64,000 bases of DNA from an uncultured delta proteobacterium (GCA_963796685.1 CAWCMR010000013.1:96001-160000); one strand, 5' to 3'; shown: positions 1 to 11,298, counted from the first letter of the stretch. The notes: a model not told the origin generated them from the sequence alone. Translations and numbers: made by a program.

Positions 1-970
1 CACCGACAATGCGCAGATTTTTCACCTGGTAGCCAACCGGGTCCGATTCGTCGGCCGGCAGGAATTGGACGATATTCTCACCACGACGAAGCCATCGAGA
101 GGAAATCTCTTCCACTTGCAACCCGCCGGGGGCTCCGAGCGTCGCCCCGGAACGGCCCATGGGACTGTTGCCGTTGATAGTGCGCATGGCTGCCGTGAAA
201 TGCGACAACCCGGCCAGCTCGTATACCAAGAAAACCCGGTCGAAGAGCCCTGGATCCTCGCCGAGTCTGACGTGATAGGTGCCACCTTCACCCCCGCCAA
301 ACACGCTTGCTACCGAAATCGGCAGCGCACCACCGGTGCCTTTGAATTCCCGAGCCCCGGGCGGTAGGCCTTTGAACAGAGCGTCCGGTAGTCGCGAGGG
401 TTCCTGCGCCAGTGGGCCTTCTTCAAGAAATTGCCCCCAGAGCTCAATCTCTCGCAACATCGCACCTGGGTGCGAGGGCCGCCACTCGATGGTGAGGGAA
501 TCCGTCGAAGTCGGGTTGGCAAGCTCGAAGCGGTTCCATCGCGGCCCGTTTCTCCGAAGATCGATCACCTGTTCCACGGCTTTTCCACCGTCAGGTATGA
601 TGGCGAGGGCACCCTCGGCATCATCATAGACACCCAATTTCTGCACCACCGCGGCTCTTGGTAATTGCAGCCTGAATCTGGCCGGTCCCTCGGTAACAAG
701 CCCGATTCCGGCTCGCTCGTCGAACAAGGTTTCTAGCTGCGTCGGGTCACTTACGGAGTCGAGACTATTGAAACGAACCGGCCGAATACGTTCGACGGGC
801 CCGGTTGCAGCGGTAGCGCCGTCTTGTCCAGGGGGAGCAGGGAGCGCTCGTTGAGAGGTAGGACTGCCGGCAAAGACGAGCTGCCATTGGCCGACTACCA
901 TGCTGGCCAACACCAACCAAGCCATGAATTGAGCGCCCTGGGACTTCCGACCACGTGTGCCTAGTACCAT
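1..970 (-). CDS. 5' part of a large secreted protein that runs off the window start; possibly the N-terminus of an SpvB/RHS-type protein
   Basis: Hand translation of the minus strand is stop-free from ATG at 970 (SD GAGGAGG upstream) to base 1: MVLGTRGRKSQGAQFMAWLVLASMVVGQWQLVFAG...RVFLVYELAGLSHFTAAMRTING...QVEEISSRWLRRGENIVQFLPADESDPVGYQVKNLRIVG. The N-terminus looks like a signal peptide. It is absent from the ORF track because its stop lies outside the window. The family link is recalled, not searched. Confidence 0.8.
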   Translation of the reverse strand, partial: MVLGTRGRKSQGAQFMAWLVLASMVVGQWQLVFAGSPTSQRALPAPPGQDGATAATGPVERIRPVRFNSLDSVSDPTQLETLFDERAGIGLVTEGPARFRLQLPRAAVVQKLGVYDDAEGALAIIPDGGKAVEQVIDLRRNGPRWNRFELANPTSTDSLTIEWRPSHPGAMLREIELWGQFLEEGPLAQEPSRLPDALFKGLPPGAREFKGTGGALPISVASVFGGGEGGTYHVRLGEDPGLFDRVFLVYELAGLSHFTAAMRTINGNSPMGRSGATLGAPGGLQVEEISSRWLRRGENIVQFLPADESDPVGYQVKNLRIVG

Positions 971-1220
971 GGAAGAGCCTCCTCACCCGCGCCCGCAGCT
1001 ACCGCTTAGACATGTTAGGTGTCTAGCCGGAGCGCAGCAGTCTGACTAACACAAGGAGGAAGGTGAACACAATACCCATTTTTCCGCTGCATCAGAATTG
1101 TTGCGGAGGAGCCTAGTCAACCAACAGTGAATGGTTCTAAGGGATGTCTCCGTCCTTGGTGTCGACATCCGCTGTATTGGGGCTCACTTCGCCCCCTTTT
1201 CCACCCGCTGTTCTCTCCCT

Positions 1221-1239
1221 CCGGCCTCTGTGCTCTCTC
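1221..1239. repeat. CACAGAG-type intergenic repeat unit
   Basis: ccggcctctgtgctctctc lies directly after the RND stop codon and matches 14496-14525 and the reverse complement of 52518-52549. Confidence 0.6.
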
Positions 1240-4200
1240 CTACCCGTGCTTGGCCAGGGCTTCGAGGGGCGTCTCTTCGCCTTCGCGCATGACCGTGGCG
1301 TGGCCGAGGGTTCGTTCGGCGATGGAATCGATGAGGGTGTAGGCCACCGGCACGACGACCAGGGTGAGTAGGGTCGAGGTGATGAGGCCGCCGATGACCG
1401 CGATGGCCATGGGGGCGCGCAGCTCGCCGCCTTCGGAGATGCCGAGGGCCACCGGTGCCATACCGAAGACCATCGCTCCCGTGGTCATCAAGATGGGACG
1501 CAAGCGGACGGCGCCCGCCTTGAGCAGGGAATCCAGTCGGGGCATTCCCGTGCGGCGTAGGGTGTTGGTGTAGTCGACGAGCAGAATGGCGTTCTTGGTG
1601 ACGAGACCCATCAGCAGAATGATGCCGATCATGGTCATGATGTTGATCATGCTGTGGGTGAGGGCGATGGCACCGAGGGCGCCGACCATGGACAGCGGCA
1701 GCGACAGCATGATGGTGAAGGGGTGCAGGAAACTTTCGAATTGCGCTGCGAGCACGAGGTACACGATGATGATTGCCAAGAGCAGGGCCGAGAGCAGGTA
1801 GCCCATGGACTCCTTCATGATGTCGGCCATGCCGGTCCAGTCGGTGGTCATGCTGGTCGGTACGACCTTCTTGGCGATGGCTTCCACCTGTGTGGTGGCG
1901 TCGCCGAGGGGCACGCCATTCAAGTTGGCGTAGACCGTGATCTGGCGTTGCCGGTTTTGGCGCTCGATCTTTCCCGGCCCGGTCCCGCGCACGATGGCGG
2001 CCACGTTAGCCAGGTTCACGAGCTGACCGGAGTTGGATCGGACCTTGAGCGCTACGAGATCCTGGGCGTTCCGCCGGAACTTCTCGTCGAGCTTCATGCG
2101 CACGTCGTAGCGCTCGCCCTCGGAGGTCAGCTCCGAGACCTTTTCGTCGGCCATGAGACTGCGCATGGTCATGGCGATGGTGGCCATGGGGACACCGAGG
2201 TCGGCGGCCCGGTCGCGGTCGATGTCCACGACCAGCTCGGGCTTGCCGCCGCGATAGGAGACATCGAGATCGACATAGCCCTTCTGGGACTTCATCCAGT
2301 CGATGATCTGGTCGGTGGCCTTGCTGATCTCCTCGTAGTTCTTGCCCCGCACGTTGAACTGGATGGTGGCGCTGCGGAAGGCACCGCTGCCGCCACCGAC
2401 CATTTGGTAAGGCTCGACGGCGAATTTCACGTCCCCGCGGGCCAGCCAACCCGGCATCAGGTTGCGGGCGTAGGCAATCATCTGGGCCTGCGAGAAGGAG
2501 CGCTTTTTCTTGGAAACCAGGTTGACCTGGATTTCGGCCCGGTTGATTTCCGACAGCGTCGAGCCGCCGATGGTGACCAGGGTGTTCTCCACGCCGGGCA
2601 GGGAGCGCAACTTGGTGGAAATGCCTTCGGCCGTGGTTTCGGTCACGCCCAGCGCGGAGCCGCTTGGCAGCTCCAGCTTGACGGCGAACTGGCTGCGGTC
2701 CTCGATGGGCATGAATTCCTTGGGCACGATGGCGGCGAGGGCGAGGCTGGCCACGAAGACAAGGAAGGCGAAGACGACGGTCAAGGCACGGTGACGCAGG
2801 GCCGCGGCCAGAAGCCTGCTGTACGCATGCTCGATGCCGTCGAGAAATCGGTCGATGGCGCGGGCAACCGGGCCTTTGGTGGTGTGTGCACGAAGAAAGC
2901 GCGAGGACAACATGGGCGTTAGCGTGAAGGCCACGAACAGCGAGACCGAGACCGCGAAGGCCACCGTCAGCCCGAACTGCACGAAGAAGCGTCCGATGAT
3001 GCCCTTCATGGTGGCCACGGGAACGAACACGGCGAGAATAGAGGCGGTGGTGGCCATGACCGCGAGACCGATCTCGGCGGTGGCTTCGCCGGCAGCCTTC
3101 ATGGGCGATTTTCCCATTTCCAGGTGGCGGTGGATGTTTTCGATGACGACGATGGCGTCGTCGATCAAAATGCCGATGGAGAGCGACAGCGCCAGCATGG
3201 TCATCATGTTGAGCGTGAAGCCCATGGCGTGGATGAAGGCGAAGGTGGCGATGACCGAGACGGGCAGGGCGGTGGCGCTGATGAGGGTGGCTCGCCAGTC
3301 ATGCAAGAAGAACAGGATGATGAGGATGGCCAGGCCGGCACCGAACAGCAGGTCGAACTTGACGTCGTTGATGGACCGTTCGGTGAAGACCGACATGTCC
3401 GTAGCGATTTGCATGGTCAGCTTGGGCACTTGGGGCTTCAGCTTCTCCAGCGCGGCTTTCACCTTGTGTGCGACCTCGACCACGTTCGACCCCGATTGCT
3501 TGCGAACGAGCAGGGTCACCGAAGACTTGCCGCTGAAGGTGGCGTACGATCGGCTCTCCTGCTCGCCGTCCTCGACGCGGGCCACGTCGCCGATGCGCAC
3601 CGGCGAGCCGCCGGCTGCAGTGATGATGATGTTTTGCAGCTCGGTCGCGCTGTGGACCTGGCCGCGCGTCTTGATGGAAAGCTCGAGCGCGCCCGAATCG
3701 AGCCGGCCGCCCGGGATCTCCACGTTCTGCGCCGCCAGTGCCTGGGCCACGTCAGTCGGCGTGAGACCGAACGAATCCAGCTGCCGCGGATCGATCCAGA
3801 CGTGGAACTCGCGCTCTTGTCCGCCCACGATGTCGATGCCGCCCACGCCGTTGATGGCCTGCAGCCGCTGTTTGACCGTGTTCTTCGCCAGATCGGTCAA
3901 GTCGCGCTTGGGCATGTCGCCGGCCAGGGCGATGGCCAGGATGGGCGCGGCGCCGATGTCCACGCGCTCCACCAGCGGCGGCTCGAGATCGGTCGGCAGA
4001 TCCTTGAGAGCACTGGAAACTTTGTCGCGCACGTCCTGCACGGCGTCGCTAGCCTTGCGCTCCAGCTCGAACTGTACGAAGACCAGACCCACGTTTTCCA
4101 TCGAGGTCGAGCGTAGGACCTTGATGCCGTTGACGGTGCTGATGGCCTCTTCCAGCTTGTCGATGACCCGCGACTCGATGGTCTCGGGATCGGCGCCCGG

Positions 4201-4353
4201 GTACACCGCGGTCACGGTGACGATGGGGAACTCGACCTCGGGATACATGTCGATGGAGAGCTGCTGGTATCCCCACACGCCGAACACCGTCAGCACGCTC
4301 GCCATCACCGTCGCGAACACCGGGCGGCGGATGGAGATGTCTGCAAGTTTCAT
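1240..4353 (-). CDS. RND efflux transporter permease (AcrB/AcrD/AcrF family)
   Basis: 1037 aa; N-terminal SIRRPVFA; GILIDDAIVVIENI (TM4), GLVTKNAILLVD and RLRPILMT motifs. Confidence 0.97.
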   Translation of the reverse strand: MKLADISIRRPVFATVMASVLTVFGVWGYQQLSIDMYPEVEFPIVTVTAVYPGADPETIESRVIDKLEEAISTVNGIKVLRSTSMENVGLVFVQFELERKASDAVQDVRDKVSSALKDLPTDLEPPLVERVDIGAAPILAIALAGDMPKRDLTDLAKNTVKQRLQAINGVGGIDIVGGQEREFHVWIDPRQLDSFGLTPTDVAQALAAQNVEIPGGRLDSGALELSIKTRGQVHSATELQNIIITAAGGSPVRIGDVARVEDGEQESRSYATFSGKSSVTLLVRKQSGSNVVEVAHKVKAALEKLKPQVPKLTMQIATDMSVFTERSINDVKFDLLFGAGLAILIILFFLHDWRATLISATALPVSVIATFAFIHAMGFTLNMMTMLALSLSIGILIDDAIVVIENIHRHLEMGKSPMKAAGEATAEIGLAVMATTASILAVFVPVATMKGIIGRFFVQFGLTVAFAVSVSLFVAFTLTPMLSSRFLRAHTTKGPVARAIDRFLDGIEHAYSRLLAAALRHRALTVVFAFLVFVASLALAAIVPKEFMPIEDRSQFAVKLELPSGSALGVTETTAEGISTKLRSLPGVENTLVTIGGSTLSEINRAEIQVNLVSKKKRSFSQAQMIAYARNLMPGWLARGDVKFAVEPYQMVGGGSGAFRSATIQFNVRGKNYEEISKATDQIIDWMKSQKGYVDLDVSYRGGKPELVVDIDRDRAADLGVPMATIAMTMRSLMADEKVSELTSEGERYDVRMKLDEKFRRNAQDLVALKVRSNSGQLVNLANVAAIVRGTGPGKIERQNRQRQITVYANLNGVPLGDATTQVEAIAKKVVPTSMTTDWTGMADIMKESMGYLLSALLLAIIIVYLVLAAQFESFLHPFTIMLSLPLSMVGALGAIALTHSMINIMTMIGIILLMGLVTKNAILLVDYTNTLRRTGMPRLDSLLKAGAVRLRPILMTTGAMVFGMAPVALGISEGGELRAPMAIAVIGGLITSTLLTLVVVPVAYTLIDSIAERTLGHATVMREGEETPLEALAKHG

Positions 4354-4355
4354 GG

Positions 4356-5369
4356 CTAGTCCTTGCGCCCGCGGGTGGCGATCTTCTTGGCCTTGCCCTT
4401 GGTCGCTACGGAGGCGGGTGCGGCGGCGCTGCCCACGGTGACCTCGGCATAGAGGCCCGAGCGCAGGGAGTGGCTGGCATCGGGCAGCTCCGCGATGGCC
4501 GAGAAGGTACGCGTATGTGGATCCATGGCGGACACCACGCGGGTCACACGCGCCTCAACCGTTTGACCGGTGGCTGCGAAATGCGCGCGGATGGGGGTGC
4601 CGACCTTCACCCTGTCGAGATCGGTCGAGGGAATCTGGATGCGCAGGTCGATAGGATCGACCTCTTCGATGATGACGAGCGGCGTGGCCGGCATAACGGA
4701 GGCGTACTCGCCTTCGTTGACCAGGCGTTTGACGATGATGCCATTGAAGGGCGCGTGGATGGTGGCGTCACGCAACGCCTTGCGACCCATGGCCACCGCG
4801 ATTTCGGCCTGCTTGACACCCGCCTGCGCGCCCTTGTAGCGCGCGTCCACCATGTCGAACTGGCTTTGAGGTACGGCCTTGTCGCCGAGCAGGGCCTTGG
4901 TGCGGTTCCATTCGAGCTTGGCGGCATCCAGTTGCACCTTGGCCAACTGGAGAGCGGCCTCCGCCTGCTCTGTGCGCAAGGCGAAGTCCTGCGTGTCGAG
5001 CGTGACCAGGGCTTGGCCGCTCTTGACGATGTCACCGTCTCGGACGTGCACGCGCATGACGGTGCTCGACACCTTGGGCGTGAGCGTGCTGCGACGGTGT
5101 GCCTCGGTCTGGCCCGACAAGAACGCGCTACCCGGTGGGGGCGAGGGGATCTCACCCGGCGCCGCGGGTTCGGCGATCGCTTTGTCGGCGGCCGAGGGCG
5201 GGGCAGAGGGAGGCGCGGGCTTCGGCGCCACCGACGGCGTGGCGGCGTTTTCGGGCAAGCGCGCCACATTACTTTCCCGGTTGCATGCGGCGACGAGCGA
5301 CAGGGTGAGAGCGAGACGGATGAGCACGCGTGACATGGTCTGGTTCCTCGGGTGCAGGGTGGCGGTCAT
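4356..5369 (-). CDS. RND efflux periplasmic adaptor (membrane fusion protein), lipoprotein
   Basis: Lipobox LVAAC; lipoyl halves VRDGDIVKSGQAL and IHAPFNGII; LRSGLYAEV. Confidence 0.95.
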   Translation of the reverse strand: MTATLHPRNQTMSRVLIRLALTLSLVAACNRESNVARLPENAATPSVAPKPAPPSAPPSAADKAIAEPAAPGEIPSPPPGSAFLSGQTEAHRRSTLTPKVSSTVMRVHVRDGDIVKSGQALVTLDTQDFALRTEQAEAALQLAKVQLDAAKLEWNRTKALLGDKAVPQSQFDMVDARYKGAQAGVKQAEIAVAMGRKALRDATIHAPFNGIIVKRLVNEGEYASVMPATPLVIIEEVDPIDLRIQIPSTDLDRVKVGTPIRAHFAATGQTVEARVTRVVSAMDPHTRTFSAIAELPDASHSLRSGLYAEVTVGSAAAPASVATKGKAKKIATRGRKD

Positions 5370-6721
5370 GGCATGGCCTTCACGGCCGGGTATTTCTCGC
5401 CCATGGCGCGGGCGAGGTTGGACTGGGCGATGAGGTAGTCGTACAGGGCGGCCTGGTGTTGGCCGCGCGCGGTGGTCAGTTGCGTTTCGGCGTCGAGCAC
5501 GTCGAACGAGGTGTTGCTGGCGCTCTCGTAGCGCTTCTGTTCGATGCGGAAATTCTCCTCGGCCTCCTCCACGGCGTGCTTGGCGACATCGAGGGCCTCC
5601 GCCGCCGTGGTCACGCCCACGTGGGCGCTGCGCACGTCGAGGCGAATCGCGTCCTCGGCCTTGCGGCGTGCTTGCAGGGCCTGCGCGAGCTGGGCCTTGG
5701 CTTCGTCGATGCCGTAGTAGGTGCCGCCACCTTCCCAGATGTCCCAGGAGGCCGTGGCGCCGACGAACCAGGTCTTGGGCAAGCCCAACAGCGACGAAGT
5801 TTGCCGCGTGTAGTTTGCCACCGCATTCACCTGCGGCATCATCTTGGACTTGGCCATGGAAACGCCGGCACTGGCCTGATCGATGTGGGCGGCAATCTCC
5901 TTGAGCTCGAAGCGGTTGCTGACCGCCTGCTGCTCGGCCTCGTTCGCCGGGATGGGCGCGACGACGGCGGGTTCTTCGGCGAGATCGATCGCGTCGATGG
6001 GACTGTCCGGCGAGCGTCCCATGAGCGTGGCCAGCCTCCCGCGGGCCAGGATGACGCCGCCCTTGGCTTGAATCAGGCGCTGTTTGGCCGCTGCCAGTCC
6101 CAGATCGGCGCGCAGCACGTCGTTGCGCGCGACCGCACCGTGCTCGAAGAAGGTGCGTGCGCGGTTCACCTGGGCGGTCACCTGTTCGACCGAACGTTCC
6201 GCCACGTTGGCCAGGCGCTTGGCTTGCAGCAGGCGGTAGTACCCTTCGGTGACCTGAAAAGCGACATCACGCCGAGCAGACTTGCGTCTGATTTCCGCGA
6301 CGTCGATACCGAGCTTGGCCAAATGATTGGCCTCGCTGATGGTCCAAAGGGATGCGATGGGCTGGGCAACGGTGGCTCCCACAGACCATGTCCATTGCGG
6401 GCGCAGCGTGAAGGGCGTGTTCAGGATGTTCTGATCGCAAGTGGGGCAGGCAGAAGCGACCATCCCGAAAAGCGGCAGCGCGTATTCGCTGTCCCATCTC
6501 TGCACGCCGGCATCCAGCTTCAGCCGCGGGCCCCATGCGCCGGCCGCGCCCTGCTTCTTGGCGACGGCGGCGGCGACCTCGTAGTTGGCCGAGATGGTGT
6601 CCGGGCTTTCCTTCAGCGCGATGGACACGCACTGGTCGAGGGTCAGGTTTTCGGCGCGAACAGAGAGCGGCGCCAGCGTCGCGATACTCATGAGAGCCAG
6701 ACTAGTATTGGTCAATTTCAT
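5366..6721 (-). CDS. TolC-family outer membrane efflux protein
   Basis: Signal peptide; LTLDQCVSIAL; two OEP-like repeats; FDVLDAETQL; sits in an operon with MFP and RND genes. Confidence 0.95.
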   Translation of the reverse strand: MKLTNTSLALMSIATLAPLSVRAENLTLDQCVSIALKESPDTISANYEVAAAVAKKQGAAGAWGPRLKLDAGVQRWDSEYALPLFGMVASACPTCDQNILNTPFTLRPQWTWSVGATVAQPIASLWTISEANHLAKLGIDVAEIRRKSARRDVAFQVTEGYYRLLQAKRLANVAERSVEQVTAQVNRARTFFEHGAVARNDVLRADLGLAAAKQRLIQAKGGVILARGRLATLMGRSPDSPIDAIDLAEEPAVVAPIPANEAEQQAVSNRFELKEIAAHIDQASAGVSMAKSKMMPQVNAVANYTRQTSSLLGLPKTWFVGATASWDIWEGGGTYYGIDEAKAQLAQALQARRKAEDAIRLDVRSAHVGVTTAAEALDVAKHAVEEAEENFRIEQKRYESASNTSFDVLDAETQLTTARGQHQAALYDYLIAQSNLARAMGEKYPAVKAMP

Positions 6722-7362
6722 TTCTTACGTGCTCCGGGCTTGGGCTTGCCGCTGACGCCATTGAAGAACAGCTCGGTGATGAGGGGGGCATACTTGACGA
6801 AGGGCTCGCTGTCCTTTTCCTCGCCCCAGCGGTGCAAGAGGCCGAAGGCCATGCCGAAAAGGGTGCGGGCGAGGAGCTCGGGCGCAAAGCCGCCGATGTC
6901 CTCCGGTTTTGCGTTGGCCTTGAGCCAGGCGGCCAGCCGCTCGATCCTGCGCTCGAAATTGTCATGAAAGGCACGACCGACCTCGTCGCCGGCGCACATG
7001 CTCTCGTTGGTGTGGTCGCTCAAGAAACCCACGAAGACGTTGTGTCGTTTCTCGGCTAGATCGAGCTGACGCCGGAGCAGCAACTCGAAGCGTTGGCGGA
7101 ACGATAGCTCGGAGGGTATGGGTTCGTCGAAGACATGGACGTACTCGTTGGTGAGCATGGTCACCATGGCGTCGATGATCTCCTGCTTGCTCTTGAAGTA
7201 GGTGTAGAGAGACGCCGCCGTGTATCCCGCCTCGCGTGCGATGTCTTGCATGGTGGCGTTGTGCAACCCCACCCGAGAGAAGGCCGTAATCGCGGCTTCC
7301 AGGATGTCGGTGCGCGCGTGGGCGATCTCCCGTTCTCGTCGTTGTCCTGCCTTCATCTTCAC
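6718..7362 (-). CDS. TetR/AcrR family transcriptional regulator
   Basis: HTH ILEAAITAFSRVGLHNATMQDIAREAGYTAASLYTYFKSK; first gene of the efflux operon. An alternative ATG lies at 7356. Confidence 0.95.
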   Translation of the reverse strand: MKMKAGQRREREIAHARTDILEAAITAFSRVGLHNATMQDIAREAGYTAASLYTYFKSKQEIIDAMVTMLTNEYVHVFDEPIPSELSFRQRFELLLRRQLDLAEKRHNVFVGFLSDHTNESMCAGDEVGRAFHDNFERRIERLAAWLKANAKPEDIGGFAPELLARTLFGMAFGLLHRWGEEKDSEPFVKYAPLITELFFNGVSGKPKPGARKK

Positions 7363-7401
7363 CTGGTTGAATTCGGGTTATCGCAAACCAAAGATGAGTT
7401 C

Positions 7402-7430
7402 ATTGTGCCGAATGAGTATTCGGCAGTCAA
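7402..7430 (-). promoter_or_regulatory. sigma70-type promoter with overlapping palindromic operator (probable TetR site)
   Basis: Minus strand reads TTGACT (7430-7425), 17 bp, CACAAT (7407-7402). The inverted repeat TGCCGAAT-gagt-ATTCGGCA (7406-7425) fills the spacer. Confidence 0.7.
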
Positions 7431-7638
7431 TAGCATTCGTTCGGCGCAGGCGAGACTCGAGCGGCCGCTGGCCGCGCCGACCCTGTATCGCGGCAGAGGT
7501 TGGGCTTCAAGCGCGTCATTGCCTCCCGACGGCCATCCCACCCATTCCTGGCTTCCTTAGAGGCCCTTTCCATTTTCTTGAGCGCCCGTCGTGCGTGAAG
7601 CTCTTGAAGCGCGTGCGGCAAATGTATAGTCTCCCGAG

Positions 7639-9108
7639 ATGCTGCCTGATAGTTCTCTGCGAGAAGCCCTCACGTTCGACGATGTTCTGCTCGTGCCCGC
7701 CGAGAGCGAGGTCATCCCCAAGGATGTGGATGTCCGCTCATATCTGACGGCGAGCATCACCCTGGCCATCCCGATCCTGTCCTCGGCCATGGACACGGTG
7801 ACCGAAGCGCCCACGGCGATCTGCATGGCGCGCGAGGGTGGCCTGGGCGTCATCCACAAGAACATGACTATCGACGAGCAGGTGCTCGAGGTGACCAAGG
7901 TGAAGAAGGCCGAAACCGGCGTGGTCATCGACCCGGTCACCATCGATCCGGACCAGAAGCTTTTTGCGGCCCTGGAGCTGATGCGGCGGCACGAGATTTC
8001 GGGCCTGCCCGTGGTCGGGCGCGACGGCAAGCCGGTCGGTATCCTCACCAACCGCGACGTACGCTTCGAACGCAACCTGGACCAGCCGGTGCGCGACGTG
8101 ATGACGACCAACCTCATTACCGCGCCGGAAGGCATGAGCCTGGAAGGCTCGAAGGAGCTCCTGCACAAGAACCGCATCGAGAAGCTGCTGGTCATCGACA
8201 GCGCAGGCAAGCTACATGGGCTCATCACCATCAAGGATATCGAGAAGGCGCAGCAGCACCCCTACGCGGCCAAGGACGAGCTCGGCCGCCTGCGCGTGGG
8301 TGCCGCGGTTAGCCCGAGCGCGGACATGCAGGCGCGCGTGGCCGGTCTGCTGCACGCGGGATGCGATGTCATCTGTATCGACACCGCGCACGGACATTCG
8401 AGGTCGGTGCTCGACGCCGTGACCGAGGTGCGCAAGACCTTTCCCAAGGCCCAGATCATCGCGGGCAACGTGGCCACCGCCGAGGGCGCGCTGGCCCTGG
8501 CCAAGGCGGGCGCGGACGCGGTGAAGGTGGGCATGGGGCCGGGCTCCATCTGCACGACCCGCGTGGTGGCCGGCATCGGCGTGCCGCAAGTCACCGCCGT
8601 TTCGGATTGTGCGCGCGCCCTGGCCAAGACCGACGTGCGCGTGGTTTCCGACGGCGGCATCAAGTATTCCGGCGACATGGTCAAGGCCATCGCGGCCGGC
8701 GCCAACACCGTCATGATCGGCAGCCTCTTCGCCGGCACCGACGAGGCGCCGGGCGAGATCATCCTGTACCAGGGCCGCAGCTACAAGCTCTACCGGGGCA
8801 TGGGCTCGGTGGGCGCCATGCGCGCGGGCAGCAAGGATCGCTACTTCCAGGCCGAGGTCACCACCGAGGCCAAGCTGGTTCCCGAGGGCATCGAGGGCCG
8901 CGTCCCGTACCGCGGCAGCCTCTCGCAGTCGATCTACCAGCTCATCGGCGGCCTGCGTTCGGGCATGGGCTACTGCGGGTGCAAGGACCTCGACGAGATG
9001 CGCACCAAGGCCCGCTTCATCAAGATCACCAGCTCGGGCCTACGCGAGTCGCACGTCCACGACGTGATCATCACCAAGGAAGCGCCCAACTACCGCGTGG
9101 AACAGTAA
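7639..9108 (+). CDS. guaB: IMP dehydrogenase
   Basis: [23 protein letters not shown] pair, catalytic [24 protein letters not shown]. Confidence 0.99.
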   Translation: MLPDSSLREALTFDDVLLVPAESEVIPKDVDVRSYLTASITLAIPILSSAMDTVTEAPTAICMAREGGLGVIHKNMTIDEQVLEVTKVKKAETGVVIDPVTIDPDQKLFAALELMRRHEISGLPVVGRDGKPVGILTNRDVRFERNLDQPVRDVMTTNLITAPEGMSLEGSKELLHKNRIEKLLVIDSAGKLHGLITIKDIEKAQQHPYAAKDELGRLRVGAAVSPSADMQARVAGLLHAGCDVICIDTAHGHSRSVLDAVTEVRKTFPKAQIIAGNVATAEGALALAKAGADAVKVGMGPGSICTTRVVAGIGVPQVTAVSDCARALAKTDVRVVSDGGIKYSGDMVKAIAAGANTVMIGSLFAGTDEAPGEIILYQGRSYKLYRGMGSVGAMRAGSKDRYFQAEVTTEAKLVPEGIEGRVPYRGSLSQSIYQLIGGLRSGMGYCGCKDLDEMRTKARFIKITSSGLRESHVHDVIITKEAPNYRVEQ

Positions 9109-9132
9109 GGCCGACGTTCCACAAAGGCGAAA

Positions 9133-10680
9133 ATGTCAGCCAAGCAAGTCATTCTCATCCTCGATTTCGGCTCGCAATACACCCAGCTCATCGCGCGCCG
9201 GGTGCGCGAACAGAACGTCTATTCCGAGATCCATCCCTTCAATCTGCCGCTCGAACGCATTCGCGCCATGCAGCCGGCCGGCATCATCCTGTCCGGCGGC
9301 CCCTCGTCCGTGTACGACGAGGGCGCGCCAAGGATTTCCGCCGAGATCTTCGACCTCGGCGCGCCCATCCTCGGCATCTGCTACGGCGTCCAGCTCACCA
9401 GCCTGCTTCTGGGTGGCAAGGTCGTGTCCGCCAGCCATCGCGAATACGGCCGGGCGTCCGTGCACCTGGAGTCGGCGTCGGAGCTCTTCCACGGCTTTAC
9501 CCCGGCCGAAGAGCTGACCGTGTGGATGAGTCACGGCGACCGCGTGGAATCGCTGCCCGAGGGATTTCGCCTGGTCGGCACCAGTCCGAACTGCCCCTTC
9601 GCCGCGGTAGAGGCCGTCGAGCGCAAGTTCTGGGGCGTGCAGTTTCACCCCGAGGTCGCGCACACGCCGCGCGGGATGGAGATCCTGGGCAACTTCCTGT
9701 TCCGCATCTGCAAGTGCGCGCCGAGCTGGACCATGGCCAACTTCGTCGACGAGGCGGTGGCCACGGTGGGGCGTCAGGCTCCGAGCGGACGCGTGATCTG
9801 CGGCCTGTCGGGGGGCGTGGATTCGTCGGTGGCGGCGTCGCTGGTTCATCGGGCGGTGGGCGACCGACTGACCTGCATCTTCGTCGACAACGGCCTTTTG
9901 CGGGCGCGCGAATCGGTGCAGGTCGAGGCGCTGTTCCGCGGCGCCTTCAAGATGAACCTGGTGGTGGTCGACGCGGCCGAGCGTTTCCTTTCCAAGCTGG
10001 CGGGGGTCGACGATCCCGAGCAGAAGCGCAAAGTCATCGGGCGCGAGTTCATCGCCGTGTTCGACGAGGAGGCGCACAAGCTGGGCGGCGCGGACTACCT
10101 GGTGCAGGGAACCTTGTACCCCGATGTGATCGAGTCCGTATCGCACAAGGGCCCGTCGGCCACCATCAAGTCGCACCACAACGTGGGCGGTTTGCCCGAG
10201 AAGATGAAGCTCAAGCTCATCGAGCCCCTGCGCGAGCTGTTCAAGGACGAGGTGCGCGCGCTCGGCGCCGAGTGCGGCTTGCCCCACGACATGCTGTGGC
10301 GGCAGCCGTTCCCGGGCCCCGGGTTGGCGGTGCGCGTGCTCGGCCCGGTCAGCAAGGCGGCCTGTGACATCCTGCGCGCCGCCGACCTCATCATCGACGA
10401 GGAGATCCGCGCCGCCGGCCTTTACGAAAGCATCTGGCAGTCCTTCGGCGTGCTCTTGCCCGTGCGCACGGTCGGGGTCATGGGCGATGAACGCACGTAC
10501 GCCAACGTGCTCGCCATCCGGGCCGTGCACTCGCGCGACGGCATGACTGCCGACTGGGTGCCGCTGCCGCACGACCTGCTCGCCACCATCTCGTCCCGCA
10601 TCGTGAACGAGGTGCGCGGGATCAACCGCGTGGTCTACGACATCTCGTCCAAGCCACCGGCGACCATCGAATGGGAGTAG
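9133..10680 (+). CDS. guaA: GMP synthase (glutamine-hydrolysing)
   Basis: [39 protein letters not shown]-terminal KPPATIEWE. Confidence 0.99.
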   Translation: MSAKQVILILDFGSQYTQLIARRVREQNVYSEIHPFNLPLERIRAMQPAGIILSGGPSSVYDEGAPRISAEIFDLGAPILGICYGVQLTSLLLGGKVVSASHREYGRASVHLESASELFHGFTPAEELTVWMSHGDRVESLPEGFRLVGTSPNCPFAAVEAVERKFWGVQFHPEVAHTPRGMEILGNFLFRICKCAPSWTMANFVDEAVATVGRQAPSGRVICGLSGGVDSSVAASLVHRAVGDRLTCIFVDNGLLRARESVQVEALFRGAFKMNLVVVDAAERFLSKLAGVDDPEQKRKVIGREFIAVFDEEAHKLGGADYLVQGTLYPDVIESVSHKGPSATIKSHHNVGGLPEKMKLKLIEPLRELFKDEVRALGAECGLPHDMLWRQPFPGPGLAVRVLGPVSKAACDILRAADLIIDEEIRAAGLYESIWQSFGVLLPVRTVGVMGDERTYANVLAIRAVHSRDGMTADWVPLPHDLLATISSRIVNEVRGINRVVYDISSKPPATIEWE

Positions 10681-11288
10681 CCCGGCTTTCGCCGCTCCTG
10701 TTGCTGGTGCTGAGCGCGCTGGCGCAAGCTGCGGCGCCCAGCGCGTTCAAGCGCGCCGTGGCCGGCAGCGAGGTCGACTGGAGCGCCGGCACCCTCACGG
10801 CGCAGGCGGGCTCGGCCGCGGACATGCGCATGCCGGGGCCCAACGCGGCCCGCCCGGGCGCGGAAAGGCGGGCGCGCGCGGCGGCCGAGGCGAAGCTGCT
10901 GGCGGCCCTGCGCGAGCTCGGCCTGGACAAGCCATCCCGGACGGCGCTGGACTACGCGGCGGTTTCCAGAATCGAGTATCAATCGAACGGTGGCGTGGTG
11001 CTTTGGCTGACCCTTCGCTTGGCCGACGTGGTGCCGGCCAAGCCGGCGCCGAGGCCGCTTCGCATCGCGAGCATGCCCTTCGAGATCGCGCCCGCGTTGG
11101 TGGCGGGCGGCAAGGAGGCGCGCGTGGCCGTGGCAACCTACCGCCCGGCCGCGGATTGTCCCAAGGACGCCTTGCCGGTTCACCGCGACGGAAAGGGGCG
11201 ACTGGTGCTGCCGCCGGGGCAGGCGGAGCTGATCGATTCTCTCGCCGGATCCGCGGTTGTGATCTACCTTGAAAAGGCGCAACCATGA
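10671..11288 (+). CDS. Secreted hypothetical protein with an LPP20-like N-terminal region
   Basis: Signal peptide [21 protein letters not shown]; [12 protein letters not shown]...AERRARAAA pattern; start overlaps the guaA end. Confidence 0.6.
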   Translation: MGVARLSPLLLLVLSALAQAAAPSAFKRAVAGSEVDWSAGTLTAQAGSAADMRMPGPNAARPGAERRARAAAEAKLLAALRELGLDKPSRTALDYAAVSRIEYQSNGGVVLWLTLRLADVVPAKPAPRPLRIASMPFEIAPALVAGGKEARVAVATYRPAADCPKDALPVHRDGKGRLVLPPGQAELIDSLAGSAVVIYLEKAQP

Positions 11289-11298
11289 AGACGCAACG

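Noticed and set aside
1007-1025. TAGACA-N7-TGTCTA inverted repeat as an operator
   Set aside because: The arms are only 6 bp with no supporting context.
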